64,000 bases of DNA. Source: Hydrolagus affinis (Eukaryota). The stretch spans positions 186,001-250,000 of the forward strand of contig JAAILG010000003.1 in assembly GCA_012026655.1 (NCBI GenBank), written 5' to 3'. Shown here piece after piece: positions 49,603-60,860 of the stretch. A program made the translations under genes and the position numbers. Within the stretch, counting starts at the first letter, position 1, and every line of letters begins with the position of its first letter. The notes beneath the pieces were generated by a model. That model had not been told where the DNA came from, did no database searches, and saw only the letters and a list, made by a program, of their open reading frames with translations.

Positions 49603-50741
49603 GTATGTTCAAAGAGCATTGGATCGAACAATTTTGATCCGTGTAGTCAGTTTTTGGTCCTTCAAGTTGCTACTCTGCCTCAGGAACCAGAAGTTGGTGG
49701 CTGCTGACTTGGAATCATTTATTTTGAATTTTCAGTGTTTTTTTTCTTTTCATTCTATCCGCTGGGGGCTGGAGGGATTCAAAACTCCTCCAATGCAGAA
49801 CAATATCACCACAGAAGCCCAACAGAATGATAACATTAAAGCTAAAATGTCGGTCAGATTACCAACCAGTCAATTCGAATAACATGTTTCCTGGCTAGCA
49901 GATCAGAGTTTAAAAACAATTGTGACCTATAAGATCGAACAGTATGCTTGTTTTCTCAATGAAAGCATCCGCATTCATCAGTCTGTCCAAAGTCGACAGT
50001 TCTGGTTTATAAACAGCATTTTTAAAAATTCTTTCTTTGCAAATTGCAACATCAAATAAAGATATCAGTAAAATAGCAAGGTTGAAAGCATGATAAGGTT
50101 GTTAACTGAGCCCTCAGGAACTTGTTTTGTAGCTTAAAGCAATATTGAGCAAAAGTAATGATTGTTGCACAGGTTCTATCAATAAGACCTAAGAATGAAT
50201 GAAATGAAACATGGATGGGAGGTGGGGGGCAACTAAGACACAAGGCATTTCATAAAATTTTAATGTCAAAGCACTTTCTAGGGATTGTCAAATTTCACCC
50301 CTGGATTTCCAGGTTAACGTAAAGACAAGCGACAAACCAGATATCAATACAACTATCGATGCAACTTATTGTTGGGCTCTTCAAAATAAACCACAATAGT
50401 GTACATAGGCTTTCTGAGTTCTGAAGATTTCATGGTCAAAGCTAGTAATATTTGAGTCCATTTTCACTTCATCAAGCACAAGGAATACTTACACTTTGAT
50501 TTATCAATTGTGTTACACTAGGAACATGTCACGTCAATAATCCAAGAAGGTTTTAACCTTACTTTAATGTTTTAAATAGAATGGATGTGTGTATTGGAGT
50601 GTATCTGCTTGTGTATATCTTTCTCCACATGCTTTAAAGGTTGTTGAAAATGTTTATTCTTTCTATTCCCTCAGACAATAACCATGTAATCCTCTAATAA
50701 AGCAAAGCTTACAAACACACAGATTTTTTTTCTTCTTTCAG

Positions 50742-50821
50742 CTTTATCCCAAGGACAAGGGGATGGTGCTAAAAGTGACTTTTCTACCCAGCATTCTTAC
50801 TTCAAAGCACAACAGCCAGAG
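50742..50821 (+). CDS. C10orf90: C10orf90 coding exon 3 (80 nt, phase 1 to 0), absent from the ORF track
   Basis: Strong acceptor TTTTTTTTCTTCTTTCAG|, peptide (A)LSQGQGDGAKSDFSTQHSYFKAQQPE with AKSDF as in recalled human FATS (EAKSDFTK), donor GAG|GTAAAG in frame with the next exon. Confidence 0.75.
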
Positions 50822-52093
50822 GTAAAGGAAATTCCTTTTGGCAATGTACTGCTACTGGTTCAAACAAAGCGACTTTAGAGTCAAATACAATAGTTCAAAG
50901 CTGACAAAATCACAAGGAAAATTTTGACTCGCAATATACAAGTGCTGTATCACTGAATTTAAAATTTAAATTCTCCTTTGATCCAAGTTGAGCATCCACC
51001 GTGCTGCAATGAGAGGAATATTGTCAGGATAACATATTGCTTTGAGTCGTAATCTCATCCTATCCTGGCAACGTGACAAGTAGGTTTCCACTGTGTAAGC
51101 AGAATGTTACCAAGTGTTGATTTGTTCTGATAAACTGTTCAGTGTGAACCTTTTTCAGAAGCTAATTGATCTCCAGTGCAATTCAAATGTGTTCTGCTTT
51201 TATAGGGGAAACCTTGCTGTAATGCACTCAGCTGTGTCCAATGGCTGCGGTATAATGGAGGCATGAAAATATATCTGACTTCCGGGTCGCCAAACTGGAA
51301 CCTGGAATCACTTTTTACACATTGCAGTATGTAGACACAAAGAATATAAGAGTTCAGGGCCAGAGGAACTGGAATGAAATGGTCAGCGCGATGATTTATT
51401 GCCCAAATACTGTTCAAACATAAATATGAATGTTATATAAGTTTAGTATTCGTGTGTACAGGTGTCAGCCCGACTCAGTTGGTAACACTCCCAATACTGG
51501 ACTTTGAGCTCACAATCTAAGTTGATACTGTACTTCAAACATAGCTGACACTATCAATGTCAGATACATTAGATAAGGCAGCCATACAAATATTAATCTG
51601 CCTCATGAGCTGGAATTCAAGAATTTATATTTGAATTATTGTGCTTAAATCCTCATCATATTTATGCGACTTGGGGAATTATTTGCCACATTATTGACTA
51701 ACACAAGACACAATAATGTAAGTAAATATGGGGACATAATCACACGCTTGCTAAACAAATGGAGTATCCAAAAATCATTTGTCCAAATGGTTAAGCATTG
51801 TGTGTACAGTATTATCTTTCAGTAATATTTGCCTTGGAATAAATTTAAACTGATATACACATGGAGGGAATTTATTGTAAGTGCATGCCACCTAGCTGAA
51901 TATCAAGAAACTCTTTAATATTACTATTGTCTAGAACATGTGAAAAGCGCTATAAGATTAAAGTATTTATGTTCATTTTCGTTTAAATAATAGGAGTTAG
52001 ATCTTTTTTGAAAAAGGCATGTTTACAATGAAAAGCTTAAATAAAGTATGCCTGTACTAAAATTATACATATTTTTGTTTAAATTCTTTCCAG

Positions 52094-53213
52094 AAATATG
52101 CAATGCCTGGCAAAGAAATAATAATGGCTTCAACATTTGGCATCTCACCATTGAGGAAAGTTGCAAAAAAAGAGCCTCATGAGGCCTTGCCTCTGTGTTC
52201 AAATCTTGCCCCAGCTGAACTCTCCAATCAACCTGTAAGAAATCAAAGCTCATTCCTTGATAATACAAGGTTCACAGCTCTGCCTACAATGGCAACTCAT
52301 CGAAACGTCCGTGGATCCATTGTATGTGACACAAAAGATAAAGCTTTGATAAAACACAGAAAGGGATTCTCTTCCATTACAATTACTGCCCGAAAAATCA
52401 TTAGTCCAGCGAATAAATCTCTCAAACCTGTGAATGCTGCTATAATCGAGAAAAAGGCAACTGTAAAAGGCATCCCTGTCAACACACAGAAATATTTCAA
52501 GAATTCTGTTTGTTCTATGCATAAGCCTTGTCACACAGATCTCAAAGTGTCTTTGTGTAAAGAAAACTCCTCTAACCCTCATTCAGCATTACATTCAGGA
52601 GGTGACCATGAATCCTTTTTACATATTAACAACAGACATCCTGAAATATTGCTCGGCAAAAATAAAGACAATTTGCAGCTCTCTGCCACCCACCCACACT
52701 CTGTCCTCTCCTGTGCTCATATCAAAGTCCTGCCTCCATGCTCAAATAGTATTTATTACTATGACAAATCCCTATTACTTGCTGTTGACCTTCCAACAAA
52801 CAACAATGTTGCTGGGTTAATACAAAAATCAGCTCTCTCCTTAAAGCTGAGCTGCACTTCTTCTGAAGTGTCAGCAGATGGTGGCAGTAGCACATTAAAT
52901 CTAATTTCCCTCAACGAAATGCCAAAACGAAAAGTAACTTTCATAGTTCTTGAGAAGAATAAAGTCAAGTTACCGTCTGTAACATTGGTAGACAATGATT
53001 TCACTCAGCGCCACATGTCAACTGTTGGTCAAAGCTATGGAGACTCTCCTTTGAATGCAAAAGATATTCCGAATCTACCCGAAGAGTCTACTGACCTGCT
53101 CGGTTCTCTCTTACACATCAACAAAGAAACAAATAAAATTATAACTCAACAGATTGACAAATGCCAGCATTCTGGACTTCAGCTTGCAATCACTGACCCT
53201 AATTGTGCACCAG
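52094..53213 (+). CDS. C10orf90: C10orf90/FATS large coding exon (1120 nt, phase 0 to 1)
   Basis: Acceptor TTCTTTCCAG|AAA, donor CAG|GTATGA. RKGFSSITITARKI, SCAHIKVLPPCSNSIYYYDKSL and QKSALSLKLSCTSSEVSADG match, in order, recalled human RRGFASITITARRV, SCVHLRVSQQCPDSIYYVDKSL and HRSVLSLNLNCSSHRLTADG. The C-terminal ALMS-motif exons are not seen in the window. Confidence 0.9.
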
Positions 53214-53539
53214 GTATGAATTTTATCTTTATATTAATGTACTTAAATGGGCTTTATAATCTTTTTATTTATGTAGTTAAATTCTCTCTCTAGCATATCA
53301 CAGTAAATGTCTGTTGAGGATTTCGAGAGATGAAGAGTTGCAAATATTCCTTAGTTTGAAATTTATCCGTTTGGCTACAAAAGTACATTGAAGTCTAGTG
53401 CGTGATGTTGCCAAAGGATTTATAACCTGCAGATTCTGCAGGAACCTGGATGGATCGGAGATTGCTTAGACACCAACTTAAATTCTGATTTCCATTGAGT
53501 GGCCATCCAGGAGATCAGATGCAATCAGTGTCTTTATGT

Positions 53540-53813
53540 GGAGTCCTGTAGCTCAGTGGTTAGAGCACACGCCGTGTAAGCGAGAGACTTGGGTTCAATT
53601 CCGGGCAGGGCAAAACCTTGGGCAAGTTTCTTTACTCCACATACCTGATAATAATCCCTCATCGACTGTTTGTGGGACACTGCTGTGAGCAATTGCCAGC
53701 CAAGTTTCACCCACAAATATACAGCCAATTTACTTTACAGTATATTCTGTGAAGCGCTTTGACGTCTAGAATATGTGAAAAGCACTTTATCAAATGCAAG
53801 GATTATTATTATT
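53540..53813 (+). mobile_element. Family A tRNA SINE with the best-preserved head
   Basis: GGAGTCCTGTAGCTCAGTGGTTAGAGC...GGTTCAATTCCGGGCAGGGC; intact A and B boxes; (ATT)n tail. Confidence 0.92.
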
Positions 53814-53884
53814 TTTAATACAAAGATTAATCTTCCAATACCTCTGGGTACAGATTTACAAACCATTTTACATATTGAAATGAC

Positions 53885-54015
53885 ACATTGAAATATTGGA
53901 GAGGGTTTAAAGAAGAACAACTAGAATGTTTCCAAAACTGAGGGCTATAAGTTATGAGGAGAGACTCACAGAGCTAAATTTTTTCTCATTAAAAAAAGTG
54001 AGAGGAAATGTGAAC
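53885..54015 (+). mobile_element. Old CR1 ORF2 fragment
   Basis: TTGGAGAGGGTTTAAAGAAGAACAACTAGAATG...AGTTATGAGGAGAGACTC (LERV.RR.TRM...SYEERL). Confidence 0.7.
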
Positions 54016-56017
54016 TAGGTCTTTACATCTACACCTACACCTGCGATGCTTAGTGTATCTGATTGTACTACAAGAACAGAACTAAATGGTTTAAAACTAA
54101 AAAAAAGATAATCTTGATAATATATGCTTGAAGCCCAGCCTTGAAAGGTATTTCAATTTGTCAGTAGAAAGTTTTCTGCTGCATTATACCGCTTTTCCTG
54201 ACAGTGAATCAAACAGTATCACTGGTGACAGTCTTGAGAGTTGATTATTTAGACGGTTCCACCAGAAGATGGAGATAAAGCAACGAGAGACAGCAGCAGG
54301 GGCAAAGGTTGTTCAGGGGAAAAAAGGAGTAAAATATAGGTATGGACCTGGTCTAGTGGTGAAGCATTTTGGTCTTACACAATGAGTTACAATCTTGATT
54401 TACAAGCTAGATTGATTTAAAAAATGTTTTCAGTCGGGTTTCAGTGAGAAGACAGAATTGTCATAATAATTTCTAAAGACGGGTGGTGGCACTTAACCGT
54501 ATCATATGGAAAAATTAAGATATATAAATTATACATCAGTCAAGGTTAGCTTTAGCTGAACCCTATGTCAGCTGGCACTTCAGTTGTGTCCATAGATTGC
54601 AAAGAAAACAGTCTTCTGGATTTCAAGTGTTGTTGATAGGACGTTAGAAAGAGAGAGACAACAGCAACGACTTGCATTTATATAGCTCCATTCACGCAGG
54701 GTTGTGTTCCAGAACGCTTAAACAATGTACAGTAGGAGTGAACAATGTGTACAATGTAGAGTGTGACGCAGCTTCATGTTGTAGTGATTCTCCTCAGGGG
54801 TTAGGAGATGGCATAAGCTCATAAAAAGGATATGTATTACCTAGACTTTCTAATGAAATTAAATGCACATGATGACGCTGGCATATACAACCATGGCATC
54901 AAATTCATAACAGAACATCAGACTTCCCTGCTGTCATTGCCATTACAGTAGCTGCAGAATACAATGACACACTAATGGAGCTATCTGAAGGGGCACAAAA
55001 GCTTCATTCAGTATTCCTCCAGTTATCAATTTTGTAGAAAGCTTGTATTGCTGCCTTATAGCTATTGCTCAACTCAGCAGGTTTTGTCAAACAGATCAAG
55101 TCCTTCAAATGCAAAATCAGTGTCAAAAGAAATCCAAATGAACTGTGAGGATCTTACCTTGTGAACCAATGGTCAATGAAATCACACCCGTGTAACTCTG
55201 GCAATAATATTTTACCGTAATCTTCTAAACTTCAGTGGGTTGGGCAAGTTTTCACCAGAGAGCAATCCATTACATCGGCTGTGTAAATTCAGAAACAATA
55301 TTCTGTGATTCATCAATGAACTCAAAACACTTTATACTATTTGATTTAGAAATCGATGCAGACTTCAATGTTAAATTTATCTTATCCTTTATTTGTTTGC
55401 TCTTGTCCTCTGTTTGTATGCTTATGCACACACACGCACACACATACATGTATAATGTATAGCCTCAGCTCTATTTGAGGTATGCAAACAGATGATCAGG
55501 CATTTCCACTTGTTGGATTGAGAAATACAAATAACATGGTCAACATCACTGGATCAATACTAAGTATATGTTCATGCAGCAATGGATATATAAATATTCA
55601 TGAGCTGCTAAACTATCACACTCTCTCTGTATCATAAAATACTGAAGTGAACTGAGATTACATTGCCAGAGATGACACATGTTAAGTGAAAGAATACAGT
55701 AAATTATTTATCCAATGCACTCACAAAAGTTGACATCTTAAACTAACTCTTCTGAAAAGCCAGATATAATGCGGTTCCATGCACGCACTTAGTTACATAG
55801 CAAAATCAAACAAGAAAATATTAATATTAAAATTAAAATACAGAGGCAGAGACATTGATGAAAATATAAGATGATAATATAAGAAAAGCATTACACTGAT
55901 GCCTTTTACATTGTAGATTATATTGACATACACAACTTATCGTTCATTTCCTTTTTGCTTTTCAGATCATCTTGTAATTCAAATCTAGATGCGCAATTCT
56001 GTCTTTTTCCCCCCCAG

Positions 56018-56128
56018 AAATGGTTGCAGGTAGTCGCAGTGAAGCAGCATTCATTATTTGTAACCAAACTTTCCTTAAATTGCCACGGGTTTCCTGTCTA
56101 TGCGTGCAATGGTGTGCATTGTCTATCA
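56018..56128 (+). CDS. Possible next C10orf90 exon (111 nt, phase 1 to 1)
   Basis: Acceptor TCTTTTTCCCCCCCAG|, open frame (E)MVAGSRSEAAFIICNQTFLKLPRVSCLCVQWCALSI, donor TCA|GTAAGA; phase fits 53213; homology weak. Confidence 0.25.
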
Positions 56129-56544
56129 GTAAGAGTCAGCATAAACAACAACGACAAAATTACATTTGTATAGCGGCTTTCACTTCAGGAGGACGTCCCA
56201 AGAGAATTGAGCGGCCGGACCCTATTCCAAAATATCCCCAAAGCACCTCATACATGTGGAGTGATTGCCAACACAGACACAGGCAGCATTCAAAGGAAAT
56301 GGACTTCTGTTGAACAAAATTTAAGATTCTGTTCTCTTCCTGTGAGTTCTGATTTAACATTGCTTGATATTGGTTTACATTTAGTCATCCATGACACTAA
56401 GCAACATGATAGCAAATAAAATGCAACTTTACTTCTAAAGAGAATTCCCGGTCTTGCCTGTGACTATCTCACAAGATATCAGCAGACACAAATGACTACA
56501 TCAATTGGACTAGGCCTAGAACAAAGCAAGGTGCTGTACACAGT

Positions 56545-56752
56545 AACTGCACTTTAGAGTACATACTGTGAAGCATTTTGAGGTTTTACAACGACATGAT
56601 AACACTAATAATAATAATTCTTGCATTTGATATAGCGCCTGATTATGTCTTCGAGACATCTCAATGGCTTCACAGAATATACTGTTTAGCAAGTTAACCT
56701 TATATTTTGTATACTTTGTGGGTGATAAGACACTATGTCAAATGCAAGAATT
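56545..56752. mobile_element. Cluster of three family A SINE tail fragments in alternating orientation
   Basis: Plus tail 56545-56605, minus tail 56607-56685, plus tail 56700-56752. Confidence 0.7.
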
Positions 56753-57805
56753 GTTCTAATGTTACAAACCAGTAACAAAAGTGAACTGCTGGAACACTGT
56801 TGAATCTTTAGAATGGGTTTGTAATAAGCAAAAGTTAATACCCTATTAGATACCCAATTTTCAGCAATGGTAACCATTGGCTTTTCAGAAACACAAATAA
56901 TTCACATGAGCATGTCATAAATCTTATGGTAAATAAGTAGGTCCAATATGTCCAATACAAGTAGGTCCAATATTATCCCCAAAGCCCAATGTTTCCTTGC
57001 ATTCAATGCGTATGCATCATGTCTACAACACATTATTCATTAAAGGACATGAGGAATTTTAAATCCCATCCATTTTTCTACAAAAGAATTGGAAGAACTT
57101 GTTAATTAGGTGGCGTTTTAAATGACCTCATGTTGCAGTAGATTCGTGTGAAGATGCTGATACTGTTGTACTTACCTTATGGGAAGGTGAGAGAATCAGT
57201 TATATGTTTAGCTAGACAGATGCATTGACATCAATTTATCACATCAGGGAAGTTTGGATAATCTTACAATTTGCTCGAGAACTTTGTTCACCATGTGACA
57301 TTTTGGCTGCCAGAGAAAAGTCAGATTTCTTTCTTTTTAAACGATAGAAAATGTTTTCAATGGAATGCTTAGCTCATCGAGATTTTGAGTTCCAAGAATG
57401 GAATATTTTTCAACTATTGCTATTTAATTTCAACATTAACCACTTGCAGATCAGGTACAGCTTGTGCCAAAGGGTAAAGTTCTTTCTCTCCTCTGACCTG
57501 CAACATGCCATAAACCCAACTCAAACAAGACCTTTGGCCCGTTTCTACCTCATCCATCAATGCAAACTTTTTCATCTCTCATAACAACCATACATTTCTG
57601 GCAATTTAATTCCAATCTGTGCTTCACTGTAGAGCAATTGAAATAGTTCACCCTAATTTCGCAGAGACAGAAATGTGTACAGTATATGTGCACACTGAGA
57701 GCCACATTGTATGGCCAAAAGTTTCACAGTGATTCATGATTCAACAGTTAAACCTTTTAAAGTACTATACTATGCATTCTATTCCTTTTTTTAAATTCAG
57801 CACCA

Positions 57806-58022
57806 GTGAGAGTACAGTGTAGATTTACTAGAATATTACCAGGGATGAGTGAATACAGCTACCAAGAAAGATTGGAGCTTCTCTCTCTCTCTCTCTCAAT
57901 GAGACTATTGAGAAGGGACATCTCAATAGAGAAGAGGTGTTTAAGATTATTTCATAATCTTAAACACCTCTTCTCTATTGAGGAGGTGTTTAAGATTATG
58001 AAAGGTTTTGATAACGTGAACA
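57806..58022 (+). mobile_element. CR1 ORF2 fragment containing an inverted triplication
   Basis: RVQCRFTRILPGMSEYSYQERL...LRRD...EVFKIMKGFDNVN. Confidence 0.85.
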
Positions 58023-59169
58023 TGAATAACAATTAATGCCTTTTAACTACCTATGTGGACAATTGATGAAATTGTTTCTCCCTTCTCCTAAGATAAAGAC
58101 ATGTCTTGTGTATTTTAATTGTATGAAAAGTATTATCGACTCGGTCAGGTTCTCTGTCTCCCAAATCCTAAAAACATCTGTTCTGAAGTTTGAAAGTAAA
58201 GACAATAATAGTACAAAACGAACGGGTCTTAGATTTCTTATGACGTACTCTATAAATATTGTAAAACTGCAGGTCTATAACCTCTCCAGATGGTACCAGT
58301 GACAGAACCACTATCAGTCTGTTGTTGATATTCTTTACATATTGCAGGAATGCTCAGCAGGTTAGACAATTATTACCTGAATGATTCATGAACTCCACAG
58401 ATTTGTTTCACAATATGTACATTTATTAGTTTGGTACAATGCTATGTACCATCAACACCCTGCCAATGAGTTGCATTGACATTGATATATCCATGAAAAC
58501 TAATGGTTTCCTTGAAATATGTTAGGTGAAGAATATGTAAGTGTGTTATCTACACACTCTCTTAAGTTATTGTTCCACAGTCTTGAGTTGTTCTCTCACA
58601 CTGCGCTCTCATTGGCCCATGGTGTAGCCAAGACATACCCTCAGGTCTTTGCCAATGCTTTTTTGAAATGGCCTTTCAGGAGGACGATGTGAGCAGCCTA
58701 CAGATAATGTTTTCTCTCATTTTTCTTTGTTGCCGTGGGGTTTCCCTGGCTACCACTCTGCATAGTTCAGATCAGAAACCCAGCAACCTAAGAAAATCAA
58801 ACATCTGACTCAGCGCTCAGTGGCACATGGTGTTATGCTCTGGAGCACTGTGTCCCAGCTCCTTGGGATGATGTCCTCCTGACATTAAATTACTATACAA
58901 ATGTAATCTATTGGTGTTGTTGAGACCACAGCTCCACCACCACCACCAATGTATAGGAATATTATTGGGTAAAATAATAGCCAACATTGCCAAATGTACT
59001 ACACATAACAGCGATCAGTTTCAGCCAGTGTATTCAGTACTTTATTGTGTAAGACCTAGTAGGAGAATTAATAGAGAATAATGGGTTTGATACAGAATTA
59101 TGAATTCTGTATCAAAATCCAAATTTCTAAAATGAAATAGCAGTCGAGCCCCACCAAGTGTGTTTGCTC

Positions 59170-59328
59170 CCTGCACTACAGCCAGGATGGTTGGATAGTA
59201 ATCAAGACTGAGGTGCCTGGCTGACTTTCTCCTGCTTAGTGCAGGATCCTGAGGCCAATTCTTACACCTTCATATCCACCCAGATCAGTTATTCCATCTC
59301 AGATGAGAGGTTCAAGCTGGGATCTTCC
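59170..59328 (-). mobile_element. Family C (AmnSINE2-like) fragment
   Basis: CCTGGCTGACTTTCTCC...CTGAGGCCAATT...CAGATCAGTTATTC...GGTTCAAGCTGGGATCTT. Confidence 0.55.
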
Positions 59329-59489
59329 CAACAACAACAACAGAATTACATTCCCAAGTCTGTAAGGCAGAACTACACAACAAATGAACTGGTTGAGCCT
59401 CTGGGATACCCCCAGAAAGATTTATACGTGGAAATGTATCCTTAATAAAGCCAGGAAGCAAAAGGAAAAAAATGTTATTGTATATGTGT

Positions 59490-59546
59490 GGGAGTGGTGG
59501 TGGTGGTGGTGGAGGGGTTGGGGTTGGGGTGGGGGTGGGGGGGTGG
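59490..59546 (+). repeat. G-rich low-complexity tract, (GGT)n followed by G4-G6 runs
   Basis: GGGGTTGGGGTTGGGGGTGGGGGTGGGGGG. Confidence 0.85.
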
Positions 59547-60636
59547 AATATATGAAACATTAGTTTATTTCTTGGAATGCTGGACAAGGAACCCATTTCT
59601 GAGAACCTTTTAAAACCTATATACCTGTAGATATATTTTTAAGCCGCCTGAATTCATCCTTTACTACAACATTGTACTTGACTGACATCGCATTTCAGGG
59701 ATTGCAAGGTACAATTTACCAGCTAGATATTAAGTTGCAGTGCGCACATGAATTAATGTACGGTTTTCTCAACAGTTGACAAGAAAATTCCCGATTGTCA
59801 TGTTAATTTAAATGGAGAGAGGAGGGACACTGAGAGAGAACACGGACGGGATTCCACCCCCAGCATGGGCACCGAGTCTCCAACAGAATCTCCCGCTGTG
59901 CATGGAGGGGAAGATAAGCACTCAGGGCTCACTCGCGAGCATGAGAAAACTCCACTGCAATTGCTCACATTGCGGGTAAGACATCAAAATCTGGACAACG
60001 ATAATTTACTGTTATTAGGTAGAACAACATGAAATGAGACACAGTTAGGCTTTAGAACTTGAAATCAGACAAACCCGAATCATTACAGACAGAGACAGAT
60101 TCACTAACAGAATACGGAGAATAGTTTGGGGGCAGATTTTATAAAGTTAGACTATGTGGATAAATAGACTGTAAATTTGGAGAGGAATGACTTGGGGAAT
60201 ATATTTTCCTTGTGATGTATTTTCTCCAAGCTGTAGAAAACGCAAATTATTCAGGAATTCAATAGAAAGGAAATTCCAAACTTTTCTGAGTTAGAAAGCT
60301 GTTAGTTTCTGGACACTCGTTAGACATGGCATTGAAAAGAGGTTGGCATCTATGGAACCATCTATAGACTCTGCACTTTCAAGAGAAGAGAGAAAGACAA
60401 AATATCTAATAAATACATTACAAAGTTATATTTTCACCCAAAGTGAATATAAAGGTGTCTCACCAACACTGTATGGTTCCGGTTTTTAATAATTTTACAT
60501 TTCTGATAACTACAAATTCAATAGGAAATGGGAATATGAGAAAGCTATTATAATTATATTTAATAAAGTTAATGAGTTCGCTATTAAGTGGCAGTGGGAA
60601 TAACAGGTGAAGACACCTGAATAGGAAAATATCTTA

Positions 60637-60755
60637 ACAACAACAAAATTGCATTTGTATAGTGTCTTTCCCATCAGGAAGACGTCCCAAGGCACTGGAC
60701 AGTAAATGTTTACGGCAAGTGCGGAGGAAAAGGGGGGTGATTTGGGGTGACCAAT
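60637..60755 (-). mobile_element. L2 3' tail
   Basis: AACAACAACAAAATTGCATTTGTATAGTGTCTTTCCCATCAGGAAGACGTCCCAAGGCACTGGACAG. Confidence 0.85.
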
Positions 60756-60769
60756 GGGACCATTTTAGA

Positions 60770-60860
60770 GGAATAACCTTATCTTAGAATAAAATAATTT
60801 ATCTTATTATGAAAATAATTTATCTTGTTATCTTAGATTAAAATAATCTTAGAATAAACT
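60770..60860. repeat. AT-rich degenerate tandem repeat
   Basis: Reiterated TTATCTTAGAATAAAATAAT-like units. Confidence 0.75.

Noticed and set aside
53214-53293. Hydrophobic C-terminus MNFIFILMYLNGLYNLFIYVVKFSL as a transmembrane anchor
   Set aside because: It lies past the CAG|GTATGA donor and is AT-rich intron read-through; there is no evidence of intron retention.
42919-53442. Short 8-9 bp hairpins (42919, 45236, 53426)
   Set aside because: Stems this short are expected by chance in 64 kb.
53540-53612. tRNA gene (also 32454 and 41822)
   Set aside because: The tRNA-like head runs directly into the SINE body and tail, and the anticodon arm varies between copies.
59312-59596. Pro/Thr-rich ORF
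   Set aside because: It is the translation of the G-rich simple repeat.
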